DNA of 64,000 bases, taken from IMG/VR virus record IMGVR_UViG_3300007516_000015, positions 4,136 through 68,135 of that record. The stretch is one strand, 5' to 3'. The position numbers and the translations under genes are program-made. Origin of the DNA: a virus. Shown here piece by piece: positions 32,401-41,958 of this stretch. The stretch's first letter is position 1. Each line of letters starts with the position of its first letter. The notes under the pieces are model-generated. The model had not been told where the DNA came from, did no database searches, and worked only from the letters and a program-made list of their open reading frames with translations.

Positions 32401-33443
32401 CTATTGGTGATGGAAGCCACGCTGAAGGTGATTTTTCGACAGCGATTGGTGAATTTAGTCACGCTGAAGGTGGTAGAACAACAGCGAGTGGTATCAGAAG
32501 TCATGCCGAAGGTAGTAGTACAACAGCGGTTGGTGATAGAAGTCATGCTGAAGGTAATAGAACGACAGCTATTGGTTTTGTTAGTCACGCTGAAGGTGGT
32601 AACACGATAGCGATTGGAGATGCTAGTCACGCTGAAGGTAGTCAAACGATAGCGAGTGGAGAATCTAGCCATGCTGAAGGTTTTTCAACAGTAGCAAATG
32701 GTCCTGCAAGTCATGCTGAAGGTGATAGTACAACAGCGATTGGTGATAATAGCCACGCTGAAGGTAGTAACACAACAGCGAGTGGTGTGTCAAGTCACGC
32801 TGAAGGGCAATTAACAGTAGCAAATGGTGATTTTACCCACGCTGAAGGTAATGCTACAATAGCTAGTGGTAACTTTAGTCATGCTGAAGGTAGTGGTACA
32901 ACAGCGAGTGGCGATTACAGTCATGCTAGTGGTAATAAAACAACAGCTAGTGGTCTAGCAAGTCATAGTGAAGGTAGTAGTACAATAGCTTCTGGTAATT
33001 TTAGTCATGTTGAAGGTAATTTATCGGTAGCTATTGGTGATGGAAGCCACGCTGAAGGGCTCAATACAACAGCAAGTGGAATTGCTAGTCATGCTGAAGG
33101 TAGTGGTACAACAGCGAGTGGTAACAATAGTCATGCTGAAGGTAGTGGTACAACAGCAGTTGGTGTTGGAAGTCATGCTGGTGGTAGTGAATGTGTTGCG
33201 AGTGGTGATACTAGTTTTGTACACGGTAGTGGTAGTACAGCTCTTGGTGAATCTACAATAGTTTTAGGGGATGCTATAACAGGAACATCAGCGAATACAG
33301 TTTATGTAGCACCATTGGTTTTAGCAAGACTAACAACAGCACAAATAACCGCATTAACAGCGGAAAACGGTATGATGGTTTACGATACAACAACTAATAA
33401 ATTTAGGGGGTATGAAAACGGTGCTTGGGCAAATTTGATATAA
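29409..33443 (+). CDS. tail fibre/adhesin with YadA-head-like 14-aa SHAEG repeats
   Basis: Roughly 70 copies of SHAEGxxTxAxGxx in two blocks; C-terminal RLTTAQ...GMMVYDT...Y..G.W motif; TATTTAT at 29389-29395 upstream. Confidence 0.85.
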   Translation: MILTSREIYSGASRYDLIHIVVTGDTTQNPSGSSFAIPIGFIIDLIPPNTGTTLPDTYWVSGSTGVNSLKTINDTSIDATGDYSLAEGSNTTAIGMSSHAEGNSTTAGGINSHAEGDRTTASGNSSHAEGNLSVAIGDASHAEGFATRASGVGSHAQGFSTIASGSSSHAEGTNTRAIGIASHAEGNHTIASGDNSHAEGDRTIASGDYSHSEGSNTDALGRASHTEGANTIAGGDYSHAGGISSIASGNTSFVHGSGSTAVGNGTIVLGDNIIGNTPNTTYVNLLNIKELASGSSIINLGLDINGYVVVGSSGGTSTGSTTFSGGTINGPTIFTNGLTANTFSATTYLGLPLDIMVTGGTYSAGTAVFTNNTGGTFDVAGFSTGGTSYWTSGSTGNFSLKTINDTSVDATGNYALAEGRATLASGPISHAEGNSTLASGQSSHAEGQETTASGLASHAEGGNTTAIGVTSHAEGQLTIAQGDGSHAEGSGTTASGNFSHAEGNFTVASGTSSHAEGLNTRAGGIRSHAEGNSTTASGINSHAEGGGSIASNFNSHAEGGDTTASGIASHTEGVFTVASGINSHAEGSGTTASSFQSHAGGWGSIASGTNSFVHGSGSTASGDNSFAEGNTTTASGINSHAEGQLTIATGTTSHAEGLLTLATNQASHAEGTATTSSGQSSHSEGQSTTASGNFSHAEGNLSIASGTSSHAEGNRTVASGLRSHSEGQQSTASGLIAHAEGFTTTASGDYSHSEGGFTLAFGPFSHAEGSSTTASGDNSHAEGDGTIASGNYSHTEGFSTIASGNTSHAEGNTTTAGGDFSHAEGNFTVASGASSHAEGQESTASGPFSHAEGANTTANAQASHAEGQVTVASGDYSHAEGNFTVASGTSSHAEGLNTIAGGIRSHAEGTSTTASGTNSHTEGSGTTASGISSHAQGNHTIASGNFSHAEGQSTIANGDFTHAEGNATIASGNFSHAEGSGTTASGNSSHAEGNLSVAIGDGSHAEGDFSTAIGEFSHAEGGRTTASGIRSHAEGSSTTAVGDRSHAEGNRTTAIGFVSHAEGGNTIAIGDASHAEGSQTIASGESSHAEGFSTVANGPASHAEGDSTTAIGDNSHAEGSNTTASGVSSHAEGQLTVANGDFTHAEGNATIASGNFSHAEGSGTTASGDYSHASGNKTTASGLASHSEGSSTIASGNFSHVEGNLSVAIGDGSHAEGLNTTASGIASHAEGSGTTASGNNSHAEGSGTTAVGVGSHAGGSECVASGDTSFVHGSGSTALGESTIVLGDAITGTSANTVYVAPLVLARLTTAQITALTAENGMMVYDTTTNKFRGYENGAWANLI
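30630..33240 (+). repeat. 42-bp coding tandem repeat array
   Basis: agtcatgctgaaggt recurs every 42 nt; 94-nt exact duplicate at 32272-32365 and 32818-32911. Confidence 0.95.
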
Positions 33444-33444
33444 T

Positions 33445-33687
33445 ATGCCAGAATTAATTAAAAATATAGAAGCCTATTCAGTTGATATTTTATCAAATGA
33501 TATTACATTGGTTAAAAGTGTCTCAGGGGAAATCCAACAGGAAGACTATATAAATATGGGTGGTTTTATAGGTTATCTACAAAACTTAAGTAGAGCTGAA
33601 AAAACATCAGCACTAACAAAACCATTGTTATATGGTTTAAAAAACACTAAATTTTTACCGATTAAAACTTTAAATATAGATTACTAA
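33445..33687 (+). CDS. hypothetical protein
   Basis: 80 aa ORF coupled to both neighbours. Confidence 0.7.
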   Translation: MPELIKNIEAYSVDILSNDITLVKSVSGEIQQEDYINMGGFIGYLQNLSRAEKTSALTKPLLYGLKNTKFLPIKTLNIDY

Positions 33688-35930
33688 TGAGGTACCAAGA
33701 ACTGATATATATACAAAATGAACATAGTGGTGTTAGAAATAAAGATATTTTAAATGTCAATATGAGTTCCGATATGTGTATTTTTCGCGCACCAGAATTC
33801 GAAATAAGTGGTGCTAGTAAAATAGATTGTAGTTGTAGTTGCACACCAGATTACACCTTATTAGAAGGTGGTATTTGTCAGTTTGTTGAAATAACTGGTG
33901 CAACTATAAATGGTACTATTTTAACCGCTTATACTGGTTCTGTGTCAACTGGATACGATAATTTAGGTACCAAATTTTTTAATCAAGAATTAACAGGTGT
34001 TTTACCATACACCCTTACAAATGCAGGTGTGTTAATCGATGGTAATTTAACAACCATTTCTGAAGATATTTTAGTTAATACAGGTAACCTTTGGGATTCT
34101 AATGGTTCATCTAGTAATGGTAGGTTAAATAACACTGGTATTTGGGCAACAGCTGGAGCTCCATTATCAAACGAACCAGTTGGTTCGTGGATTGGTTTTT
34201 CTAAATGTATTGAGTTACCAACATCAGGTACTTATTCGGTTGGTCTTGCCGCTGATAACTTAACTAGATTTAAGATTAACGGTGAATTATTTTATACAGT
34301 AACTGGGTCAACTTCTACAGCTTTTCAATATTGGTCAATATTTGAGATAACTTTAAGTGCTGGAACAAACGTAATTGAAATGGAAGGTTATAATATTAGT
34401 GGCCAAGCTTCGTTTGGTGCTGAAATTTACCAATCTACAATTAGTAATTTAACTGGGTTAACAACAACTAGTGATTTAGATAGGTTTACTATTTTTACAA
34501 CAAAAGATTTTAGGTATGAAACAAATGGAAATTTCCCTGTTGAATTTCAATTAGGAGATTTATCTGGGTATTCATGTCCAAGCGGGTATTTTTTAAATAC
34601 TTGTGGTACTGGCTTTACTTGTTCTATTTTAATAGAAAGTGGTTGTACAATTCCAACAGGTGAGTATTATGTAATAAATGACGAAACAACAATACCCTTT
34701 GATTTTAATTTTACTGGTAATGTGGAAACATTCTCAGCAAACAACGCGACTTTTAATTATGAAGTCTACAAATTTAATGCAAATTCTCAAACATTTACAC
34801 TGCCACCTATTTATAAATCAGAAAATTTTGAATATTCTGGGTTTAGTAGCACAAGTGCAATAACACAAAACATCCCAGTTAATAGTTTAGGTTTAGATGG
34901 TCAATATTTGATAAAAGGTTATTATAAATTCAATGCTTGTACTAACTTTCTTAATAAATTAGGAAAAACTGTTAATACATTATCTTTTATCAAAGGAAAA
35001 GAATATGATTTATATGATGAAGATTTAGATTTTTATTTCACAGCTTTTAAAGGAGCTGATAAACCCATAATTTTAAATAACGGAACCAATTCTCCGTCAG
35101 CTAACAAACTTTTTCAACAAACAATTTTACCCGAAGATAACCAGACTAATATAATCATAACAAATAGTTATGATGGTTATTTTATTTTAACTTCAAATGG
35201 GATTGTTTTAACCCCAACATTAGATTTTACATTTACTGGTAATGTTGTCACTCTAATCACACCAGCTACAAGTGGCGATGTGATAACAGTTTCTTACACA
35301 ACACTTGGTGGTGAAACAAGATTAATGGGTGATAACATCTACATTACATCACCTATAGTTAGTGGGGTAACAGGTAATCAAGGTTCTGGTTCTACGTATT
35401 TTAACACTGACGAAGGAAAATATGAAATATACACTTCAATAACACCTGAAGATGGTGGGGATATCCTAGTTATGATTAATGGTGTCGTGTTAGCGACTGG
35501 TATCGATTTTTATCAATCAATTTCTGACTCTAAGAGAATAATCCTTGTGGGTGACCTATTAATCGGTGATGAAATAGCTATTGTTTATTTTCCAATTACC
35601 AACACTGTGAACGGGTTACTAACTAATAGGCCAACTATTTCGTGGGAGATAGAAACAGAACCACAATTAGTTAATGGTTTGTTTACCCTAGAAGTAAGTA
35701 CTGGTAACACTTTTACTACATTATATAGTGGTATGACCCAACCTTATGTCGTTGGTCAAACGGGTTATTATGATAGATTTATTGCTCAGGGTGAAATAGG
35801 TACAATATTATATTATCGAGTCAAAAATGAAAAAAATTATATTAATTTATGTGGTAGTGTGATGAATGATATTAAATATAGTGATATCATTCCGATAACA
35901 ATTCAAACTAATTCAATAAATTCTTATTAA
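33687..35930 (+). CDS. tail-associated structural protein carrying copy 2 of the duplicated domain
   Basis: 747 aa; V.INGV.L..G.DF..GD.I repeated Ig-like units; FN3-like end YYRVKN. Confidence 0.65.
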   Translation: MRYQELIYIQNEHSGVRNKDILNVNMSSDMCIFRAPEFEISGASKIDCSCSCTPDYTLLEGGICQFVEITGATINGTILTAYTGSVSTGYDNLGTKFFNQELTGVLPYTLTNAGVLIDGNLTTISEDILVNTGNLWDSNGSSSNGRLNNTGIWATAGAPLSNEPVGSWIGFSKCIELPTSGTYSVGLAADNLTRFKINGELFYTVTGSTSTAFQYWSIFEITLSAGTNVIEMEGYNISGQASFGAEIYQSTISNLTGLTTTSDLDRFTIFTTKDFRYETNGNFPVEFQLGDLSGYSCPSGYFLNTCGTGFTCSILIESGCTIPTGEYYVINDETTIPFDFNFTGNVETFSANNATFNYEVYKFNANSQTFTLPPIYKSENFEYSGFSSTSAITQNIPVNSLGLDGQYLIKGYYKFNACTNFLNKLGKTVNTLSFIKGKEYDLYDEDLDFYFTAFKGADKPIILNNGTNSPSANKLFQQTILPEDNQTNIIITNSYDGYFILTSNGIVLTPTLDFTFTGNVVTLITPATSGDVITVSYTTLGGETRLMGDNIYITSPIVSGVTGNQGSGSTYFNTDEGKYEIYTSITPEDGGDILVMINGVVLATGIDFYQSISDSKRIILVGDLLIGDEIAIVYFPITNTVNGLLTNRPTISWEIETEPQLVNGLFTLEVSTGNTFTTLYSGMTQPYVVGQTGYYDRFIAQGEIGTILYYRVKNEKNYINLCGSVMNDIKYSDIIPITIQTNSINSY
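33873..34604 (+). repeat. copy 2 of the duplicated ~240-aa domain
   Basis: GRLNN.GIWATAGA, WIGFSKCIELPTSG, GTNVIEMEGYN, GYSCP.GYFLNTC shared with 26954-27667. Confidence 0.9.
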
Positions 35931-35987
35931 TATTGACTATTCGATATTTATAATTAAAATTAAGTTAAAACAATATATTTATAAAAT

Positions 35988-38141
35988 ATGAGTTACATTA
36001 TTAACAGCACAGACCCATTCGTTAGCATCAAGTTAACAGAAAAAGGAAGAGAACAATTGGCTCTAGGTCAACTTAATTTCGCGTTTTGGGGAGTTGGGGA
36101 TTCTGAAATAAATTATGGTAGAGAAGCAATAGTTGATGCAAACCCAACTGATGTAACACTTTCTGCTAGTAGTAAAGTTTTAAGACCAGTTGACCGACAA
36201 CCAAATATTAAGTATTTTATCACACCTAGTAATTCTAATTCTCAGTATCAATTAATTGATGCCTCAAATATGAACGTAGTTAAGGCTATAGTTAATAATG
36301 GAGCTATCGAAAGAGGGTTTTTTTCAGCTGGTACTTCAGCATATACAACAAACTTAAGTGATGATTTAACACCATACAACCAAGTGATAAATAATTCTGG
36401 GATTACGGGTAGTACTGAAATAGTTGTAACTAATTCTGGTTTAATTTCAGTAGGAGATTATATTCTATTCAAACTTAGTAACGATGTCTTAGGACCTCTC
36501 CCAACTAATAATACGATAAGTGCTATACCAAATTTATGGTTTAAAGTACAAGGTATCGTTGGTACTACTTTAACACTAGATAGAAATCTACCGAATTATT
36601 CATCGTTTACTGGAACATCGAGTTTTATTATTTATAAAGGTGGTGAAGTTTATGAAACAATTGGTTTAGGTAACACTACGGCTTATTGGGATTCTGGTAC
36701 TTTATCCTTTAATTCAAATGTTAATGTTACATGTCATGATGTACCAGTTTGGAACATGAACAATGTTTGGTGTGAGAACATGGCTGGAATGAGCGCAGCT
36801 ACACTTTATGAAGATTATACCAAGTTTGGTTCTTATCAATATTTAGGAACTAAAAACCCATATTTAGAATATTTGTGTGAAAACAGCGCAAATACGGTAA
36901 ACTTCAACTGTAATGGTCCAGGTATAAGCTATCCCGATGAAGTAACCAAATCAGTTTCAATTATTCATTATACAAACAACACTATTTCAAATAATTATGG
37001 TGAATTTTTATTTGTCGATGCAACCAACGATAAAATAGTTAAAGTTCATATACCAAACCTTATGTACCATAGAAGTGGTTTTGCCACTGGCAGTGGTACT
37101 ACGATGGGTATGACATTTATAGCTTCAGGTGCAACACAATTTATCGGTGATAGTGATATCCAATATATCGATTTAATTGAACACCCAGATAATATTTTAT
37201 CAGGTAATACTTCTTTGATTGTTGGTAAGGTATTACCACAATATAAGATGGTTATTTTTGATGACGATGAAATAGTCGCTGCTATTTCATATAAATCTAA
37301 CAGAAATTGGACTTTACCTGAATTAGCTGCAAATATTGTAGCTCCAAGCGGTGGAACATCAACAGGTGTTTTAGCACCTAATAAAACAATTTATTTAACA
37401 TACAGTCTTGAAAATTCAGGAATAACTAGTGGGTTAACAAGTAGTTTACCTTGTCAAAACTATGTAAAGGTGACAAATAATACATCAACTGGAAAGGATA
37501 TAACTTTTAGAATAGCAACAACTGATTTACTTCCATACATGCGAAAAATTGAAGATGTTTCTTATGATGGTTATGGTTTTTATGGTGATACATTTAGATT
37601 ATTATATCAAATTGTTGATGATTCAACAACAAGACCAGATTCAGGTGCTTGGAAATCATATGATTTCACATCTACTGGTATAACAACGACTACAGGTGAA
37701 ACAATCGACCCAATTTTATTAGAAAGTCAAACCCCAGGAGGTTTCGATTGTGGTGTTTCAACTGGTTTCATATTAGATTTAATAAAAGATGGGTTATCAA
37801 CACCGTTTAATTTAATCCCATTATTAAATATGGCCCCAAACAACCAACCAAATAATTTACAATTTGGAGATGAAAGATTTTTTTATGGAAACATAGAAAC
37901 ATTCATTGGTGCTACAATTTATAAAACAATTTTCGATGTAAGGGTTAATGGTAGTCAATTTGACACAACAACCAACCCTACTAGAAGTTCTGACCCAACA
38001 ACCAACCCACCATTAATAAGAATTAGTGATGTGGGAATTTATGATATAAGTCAAAATTTGGTTTGTATTGGTAAACTTAGCACACCAGTTAAATTGGTCG
38101 CTGGCAACACTATAATGCTTGAATTAAGCATGGATTTTTAA
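35988..38141 (+). CDS. virion structural protein (tail collar/fibre-attachment-like)
   Basis: N-terminal KLTEKGRE.LA.G...GDSEINY; C-terminal ISDVGIYD...LVCIGKLS.P. Confidence 0.7.
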   Translation: MSYIINSTDPFVSIKLTEKGREQLALGQLNFAFWGVGDSEINYGREAIVDANPTDVTLSASSKVLRPVDRQPNIKYFITPSNSNSQYQLIDASNMNVVKAIVNNGAIERGFFSAGTSAYTTNLSDDLTPYNQVINNSGITGSTEIVVTNSGLISVGDYILFKLSNDVLGPLPTNNTISAIPNLWFKVQGIVGTTLTLDRNLPNYSSFTGTSSFIIYKGGEVYETIGLGNTTAYWDSGTLSFNSNVNVTCHDVPVWNMNNVWCENMAGMSAATLYEDYTKFGSYQYLGTKNPYLEYLCENSANTVNFNCNGPGISYPDEVTKSVSIIHYTNNTISNNYGEFLFVDATNDKIVKVHIPNLMYHRSGFATGSGTTMGMTFIASGATQFIGDSDIQYIDLIEHPDNILSGNTSLIVGKVLPQYKMVIFDDDEIVAAISYKSNRNWTLPELAANIVAPSGGTSTGVLAPNKTIYLTYSLENSGITSGLTSSLPCQNYVKVTNNTSTGKDITFRIATTDLLPYMRKIEDVSYDGYGFYGDTFRLLYQIVDDSTTRPDSGAWKSYDFTSTGITTTTGETIDPILLESQTPGGFDCGVSTGFILDLIKDGLSTPFNLIPLLNMAPNNQPNNLQFGDERFFYGNIETFIGATIYKTIFDVRVNGSQFDTTTNPTRSSDPTTNPPLIRISDVGIYDISQNLVCIGKLSTPVKLVAGNTIMLELSMDF

Positions 38142-38151
38142 TTAAAACAAT

Positions 38152-39354
38152 ATGGGATTTATTACATCAGCAAACACACTTTCATTAATAGCTAAACTAA
38201 CGCCACTAGGAAGACAAAGAATTGTTTCAACAAACAATTCTTTGATATCATCATTTTCTTTAGGTGATTCAGATGCAAATTATAACGTACCTTTATTTTT
38301 GATAAACGGGCAAATACCAACTATTTCTGGTAGTAGAGGTGCTACATCATCTATTAGCAATAGTAGTTCACGAGCTATTTCTATGAAAAGTCAGTTGTTT
38401 GTAAACACCACTGGCTCTTTAAAAAAATCGGTAGAAAAACAATCTTCATTTATTTCATTAGAAACTATACCAAATGGGGTGATAACTTTAGATTATAGAA
38501 ATTTAACTAGAAATTTAATCGATAGAGATAATTTTAATTCAGATAGTTTGGTTAATTTATTCTATTCTTTTGGTTTACCATTAAACACAATTCAAGATAC
38601 TATTTTTTCTGGTACCCCTTATTCAAATGGTGGGTATTCAGATACAGCATTAAGCGGTATTGCACAAACAAATATATTAGTCATTGGAATTAATAATTCA
38701 AACTACGGGGAAACTATTGATGGTAAAACAATAAGAGTCGAACTACCAACAACAGGTGGAACCTACACTATTTATAGTACTTTTCAAAATAAAGGTCTGT
38801 CAAGACAAACAGAAGATGCGAATATAAGAGATTCTTCAAGAATAACATCACCATTTGGTGATAATATTGCGATGCTTGTTTCTGACGATATAATGAGACC
38901 AAATGGTGGTTCCCCTTCATTAAGTTGGAGTACTGGTTTTGGTACAATCAAACCGTTCAGTGTAAACGCTAAAGAACTTTACAATTTACAAACAAACACA
39001 AACCTTGGTCTTACAGCTGATACAGTTGTTGGAATAGCTTATTTAGATAAAGGATTTTTGGTTATTACTAACCAAGCAATTGTAAATAACTACACTCAAG
39101 ATTTTAGCTCAGCAACTACGGTAACTCTTAATAGTGTTTCAACAGCTATTTACCAAAACATTACATGTTTGGCCAATAGAGGTGAATTTGGTTCTTCATT
39201 AAATTCGACTTTTTCTAGTTCTGATACACCTAGAATTAGTGAAATTGGTTTATTTGACGATTTGGGTAATTTAATTGCTTTAGCTAAAACTGACCGTCAT
39301 GTTACCAAGAACGTTAATGAATTTAAAGCTTTCAATATAAAAATTAATCTTTAA
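38152..39354 (+). CDS. virion structural protein, paralogous termini with ORF 35988
   Basis: KLTPLGRQ...GDSDANY; ISEIGLFDD.GNLIALAK. Confidence 0.7.
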   Translation: MGFITSANTLSLIAKLTPLGRQRIVSTNNSLISSFSLGDSDANYNVPLFLINGQIPTISGSRGATSSISNSSSRAISMKSQLFVNTTGSLKKSVEKQSSFISLETIPNGVITLDYRNLTRNLIDRDNFNSDSLVNLFYSFGLPLNTIQDTIFSGTPYSNGGYSDTALSGIAQTNILVIGINNSNYGETIDGKTIRVELPTTGGTYTIYSTFQNKGLSRQTEDANIRDSSRITSPFGDNIAMLVSDDIMRPNGGSPSLSWSTGFGTIKPFSVNAKELYNLQTNTNLGLTADTVVGIAYLDKGFLVITNQAIVNNYTQDFSSATTVTLNSVSTAIYQNITCLANRGEFGSSLNSTFSSSDTPRISEIGLFDDLGNLIALAKTDRHVTKNVNEFKAFNIKINL

Positions 39355-39400
39355 CCATTTACCTTTTACACTATCTAACTAGATTGATACAAAAAGAAAT

Positions 39401-40066
39401 ATGGAAAAATTAAATAAGGGTGCTATCGATAACGTAAGCTACATTCTTTCACTAGATGTTTCAACTTCAACAATAGGGATTTCATTATTTGAAGACTTAG
39501 GTGATAAAGGTGAATTAAAACTTTTACACCATGTTAGTCCTAAAGTAAAACCACAACCAGAAACCAAAATGGAAGAGTTGTTTAGGAAAGTTGAGATTTT
39601 TGAAAAAGAATTCCTTACTAATTATACTGATTTTGGTATTACCAAAGTGATAATTGAGGAACCTCTTCTTCAATCAAACAATGTTTACACAATAGCAACT
39701 CTTTTACGTTTTAATGGTATGATATCAAAATCTGTTTATGACACTATTGGGGTTGTACCAGACTTCATATCTTCTTATGATGCTCGTAAGTATGCCTTTC
39801 CAGAATTAATGGGTGTTAGACGCTTTAAAAAAGACGGTACACCCTTAGCTGAAAAACAGATAGCAAAAAACACACCAGTTTTATTTGGGGAATATGATTT
39901 TACTGTAGATAAAAAATATGTGATTTTTGAGAAAGTTTGTGATTTAGAACCACAAATAACTTGGTTCTATGATAAACACAACAAACTTAAAAAAGAAAAT
40001 TTTGATATGAGCGATGCATATGTTTGTGGATTAGCTTATATGAAAAAACAAGGTCTTTGGAAATAA
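39401..40066 (+). CDS. RuvC-like Holliday junction resolvase
   Basis: LSLDVST..IG, VIIEEP, DMSDAY acidic motifs. Confidence 0.82.
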   Translation: MEKLNKGAIDNVSYILSLDVSTSTIGISLFEDLGDKGELKLLHHVSPKVKPQPETKMEELFRKVEIFEKEFLTNYTDFGITKVIIEEPLLQSNNVYTIATLLRFNGMISKSVYDTIGVVPDFISSYDARKYAFPELMGVRRFKKDGTPLAEKQIAKNTPVLFGEYDFTVDKKYVIFEKVCDLEPQITWFYDKHNKLKKENFDMSDAYVCGLAYMKKQGLWK

Positions 40067-40074
40067 GTTTAAAC

Positions 40075-40104
40075 TTGTGCTTTGAGAATTTTTTAGTATA
40101 TTTG
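40075..40104 (+). promoter_or_regulatory. Bacteroidota-type promoter, probably giving a leaderless transcript
   Basis: TTG-N19-TATATTTG ends 4 nt before ATG 40109. Confidence 0.7.
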
Positions 40105-40108
40105 CGAT

Positions 40109-41071
40109 ATGTCACATGTGCTATTAGTCGATATTCTTGAAGGTTTCCTTGGTGAACATAGAAAACATAACGAAGATTCTGGTCAAGTTTCTTTTGATTG
40201 TCCAGCTTGTTCAGAAGATAAAGGTCTGATAGATAGTGGTGATGGAAAGGGTAATTTAGAAATAAATTATGATAAGGGGGTTTTTAGGTGTTGGAGTTGT
40301 CACGATGTTAACAACATGCATGGTCCAATACTTAAACTCCTTAAACGTTATGGTTCGCCTAAAAATACTAGGGATTACTTACTTGTTAAACCTGACGCTA
40401 ATATTATATCGAATAGAGAACGAGAAAAAATAATAGTAGAAATACCTGAAGGGTATAAAGAGTTGTCAAAATGTACAGTTAAAGACTATAAATCAGATGT
40501 AGCTTTAGATTATTTACACAAACGTGGTATTACTGATGAAATAATTAAAGAATTTAAAATAGGGTATACGATAAATGGAGATTATAATAACAGAGTAATC
40601 ATACCATCTTTTAGTTCAGACGGAGTTCTTAATTATTTTGTTGCGCGATGGTTTTTAAATAAGAAAACTGGGTTAAAATATTTAAACCCGCAAGCTGAAA
40701 AAGAAGAAATTATTTTTGGTGAAAGTAAATTAAATTTCGATTCAACAATATACATAGTTGAAGGTGTTACCGACCATATTGTTACACCAAATTCAGTTCC
40801 TTTATTAGGAAAATATATAAATGATAAATTAATAGAAATGCTACACGATAACGCTATGGGTTTTATTGTTATAGTTCTTGATGGTGATGCTTTTGAGGAT
40901 GCTAAAAATTTATACCAGAAACTAAACTTTGGTGATTTGATGGGGAGGGTGAAAATTGTTTCGTGCCCAGATGGTTACGACCCATCAAAAATTCATCAAT
41001 TGTTAGGTGCCAAAGGAATTACTAAATTATTAATGGGTGCTAGGTTCCTAAAAGAGTCTGAGGAAAGATAA
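40109..41071 (+). CDS. DNA primase
   Basis: CPAC...CWSC zinc finger, YL.KRGI, RVIIP, KYLNP, TOPRIM EGVTD and LDGD. Confidence 0.9.
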   Translation: MSHVLLVDILEGFLGEHRKHNEDSGQVSFDCPACSEDKGLIDSGDGKGNLEINYDKGVFRCWSCHDVNNMHGPILKLLKRYGSPKNTRDYLLVKPDANIISNREREKIIVEIPEGYKELSKCTVKDYKSDVALDYLHKRGITDEIIKEFKIGYTINGDYNNRVIIPSFSSDGVLNYFVARWFLNKKTGLKYLNPQAEKEEIIFGESKLNFDSTIYIVEGVTDHIVTPNSVPLLGKYINDKLIEMLHDNAMGFIVIVLDGDAFEDAKNLYQKLNFGDLMGRVKIVSCPDGYDPSKIHQLLGAKGITKLLMGARFLKESEER

Positions 41072-41108
41072 TAGTTGCTAATTTTATCAAAAAAGAGTAT
41101 CTTTAGAT

Positions 41109-41891
41109 ATGTCTAAAATTCAACAATGGGTTGGGCCTGTATATTTAGAGCCTATCCAACATAAATACCATCATAGAGAAACAGGTAAGATATATAAATC
41201 TGTTACAACAACATTATCTTCGATAGAACCGCATTTTGACGTGGAGGGTGTTTCAATGGCTATATCTAAACAACCTGACAAGGTAAAACAAGAACGTTAT
41301 ATAGGTCTTTCCCAACAAGAAATAATTGACTATTGGCAAATGCTAAATGATGATGCTAATATATACGGAACCAATGTTCATAATATAGTAGAAAATTATT
41401 TATTAGCTAATAAATGGTATTTTCCACCAGATAATGATGAAGGAGTTTTTGAACAAAAAGTTATTGATGGTTATGATGCCTTAAAAATAGATGAAGGGGT
41501 TGCTATGTGGCCTGAAAGAATCTTATTTTCAAGCGAATATGAACTGGCTGGAACATCTGATTTAATAATTGATATTAATGATATTTTCTTCGATGTGGGT
41601 GATTATAAAACAAACAGAGTGTTTAATTTTTTTAACCCATATGGTTATGAAACATTGTTAAAACCTTTTGAACATTTACAAGCGTGTCAATGGTCTATTT
41701 ATACGCTACAACTTAGCGTATATGCCTACTTATATGAACTAGAGTTTCCTAAAAGAAAATGTAGACAAATATACGTTTTATATTGGGATAAGACTTTAGA
41801 AGAATTCAAAAAGATACAAATTATGTATCTAAAAAAAGAAGCTAAACAAATTATTGAAATGCATTATTACAATGTGATGAAAAATTCGTAA
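41109..41891 (+). CDS. PD-(D/E)XK exonuclease (RecB/Cas4-like)
   Basis: SVTT, GTNVH..VE, AGTSDL, DYKT, YTLQLSVY. Confidence 0.85.
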   Translation: MSKIQQWVGPVYLEPIQHKYHHRETGKIYKSVTTTLSSIEPHFDVEGVSMAISKQPDKVKQERYIGLSQQEIIDYWQMLNDDANIYGTNVHNIVENYLLANKWYFPPDNDEGVFEQKVIDGYDALKIDEGVAMWPERILFSSEYELAGTSDLIIDINDIFFDVGDYKTNRVFNFFNPYGYETLLKPFEHLQACQWSIYTLQLSVYAYLYELEFPKRKCRQIYVLYWDKTLEEFKKIQIMYLKKEAKQIIEMHYYNVMKNS

Positions 41892-41913
41892 AGAATCTGG
41901 TGTGTTAAACTTG

Positions 41914-41944
41914 TTGTGATTTTCGGTTTTTTTAGGTATATTTG
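41914..41944 (+). promoter_or_regulatory. Bacteroidota-type promoter
   Basis: TTG-N20-TATATTTG upstream of the SbcD-like gene. Confidence 0.7.
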
Positions 41945-41958
41945 TAAAAAAAACTAAA

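Noticed and set aside
29640-33240. CRISPR array or DGR template suggested by regular 42-nt repeats
   Set aside because: Repeats are in-frame coding units varying at synonymous sites; no unique spacers, cas operon or reverse transcriptase in the window
41109-41891. Cas4 as part of a CRISPR system
   Set aside because: No four-Cys Fe-S pattern, no array or other cas genes; context is replication/recombination
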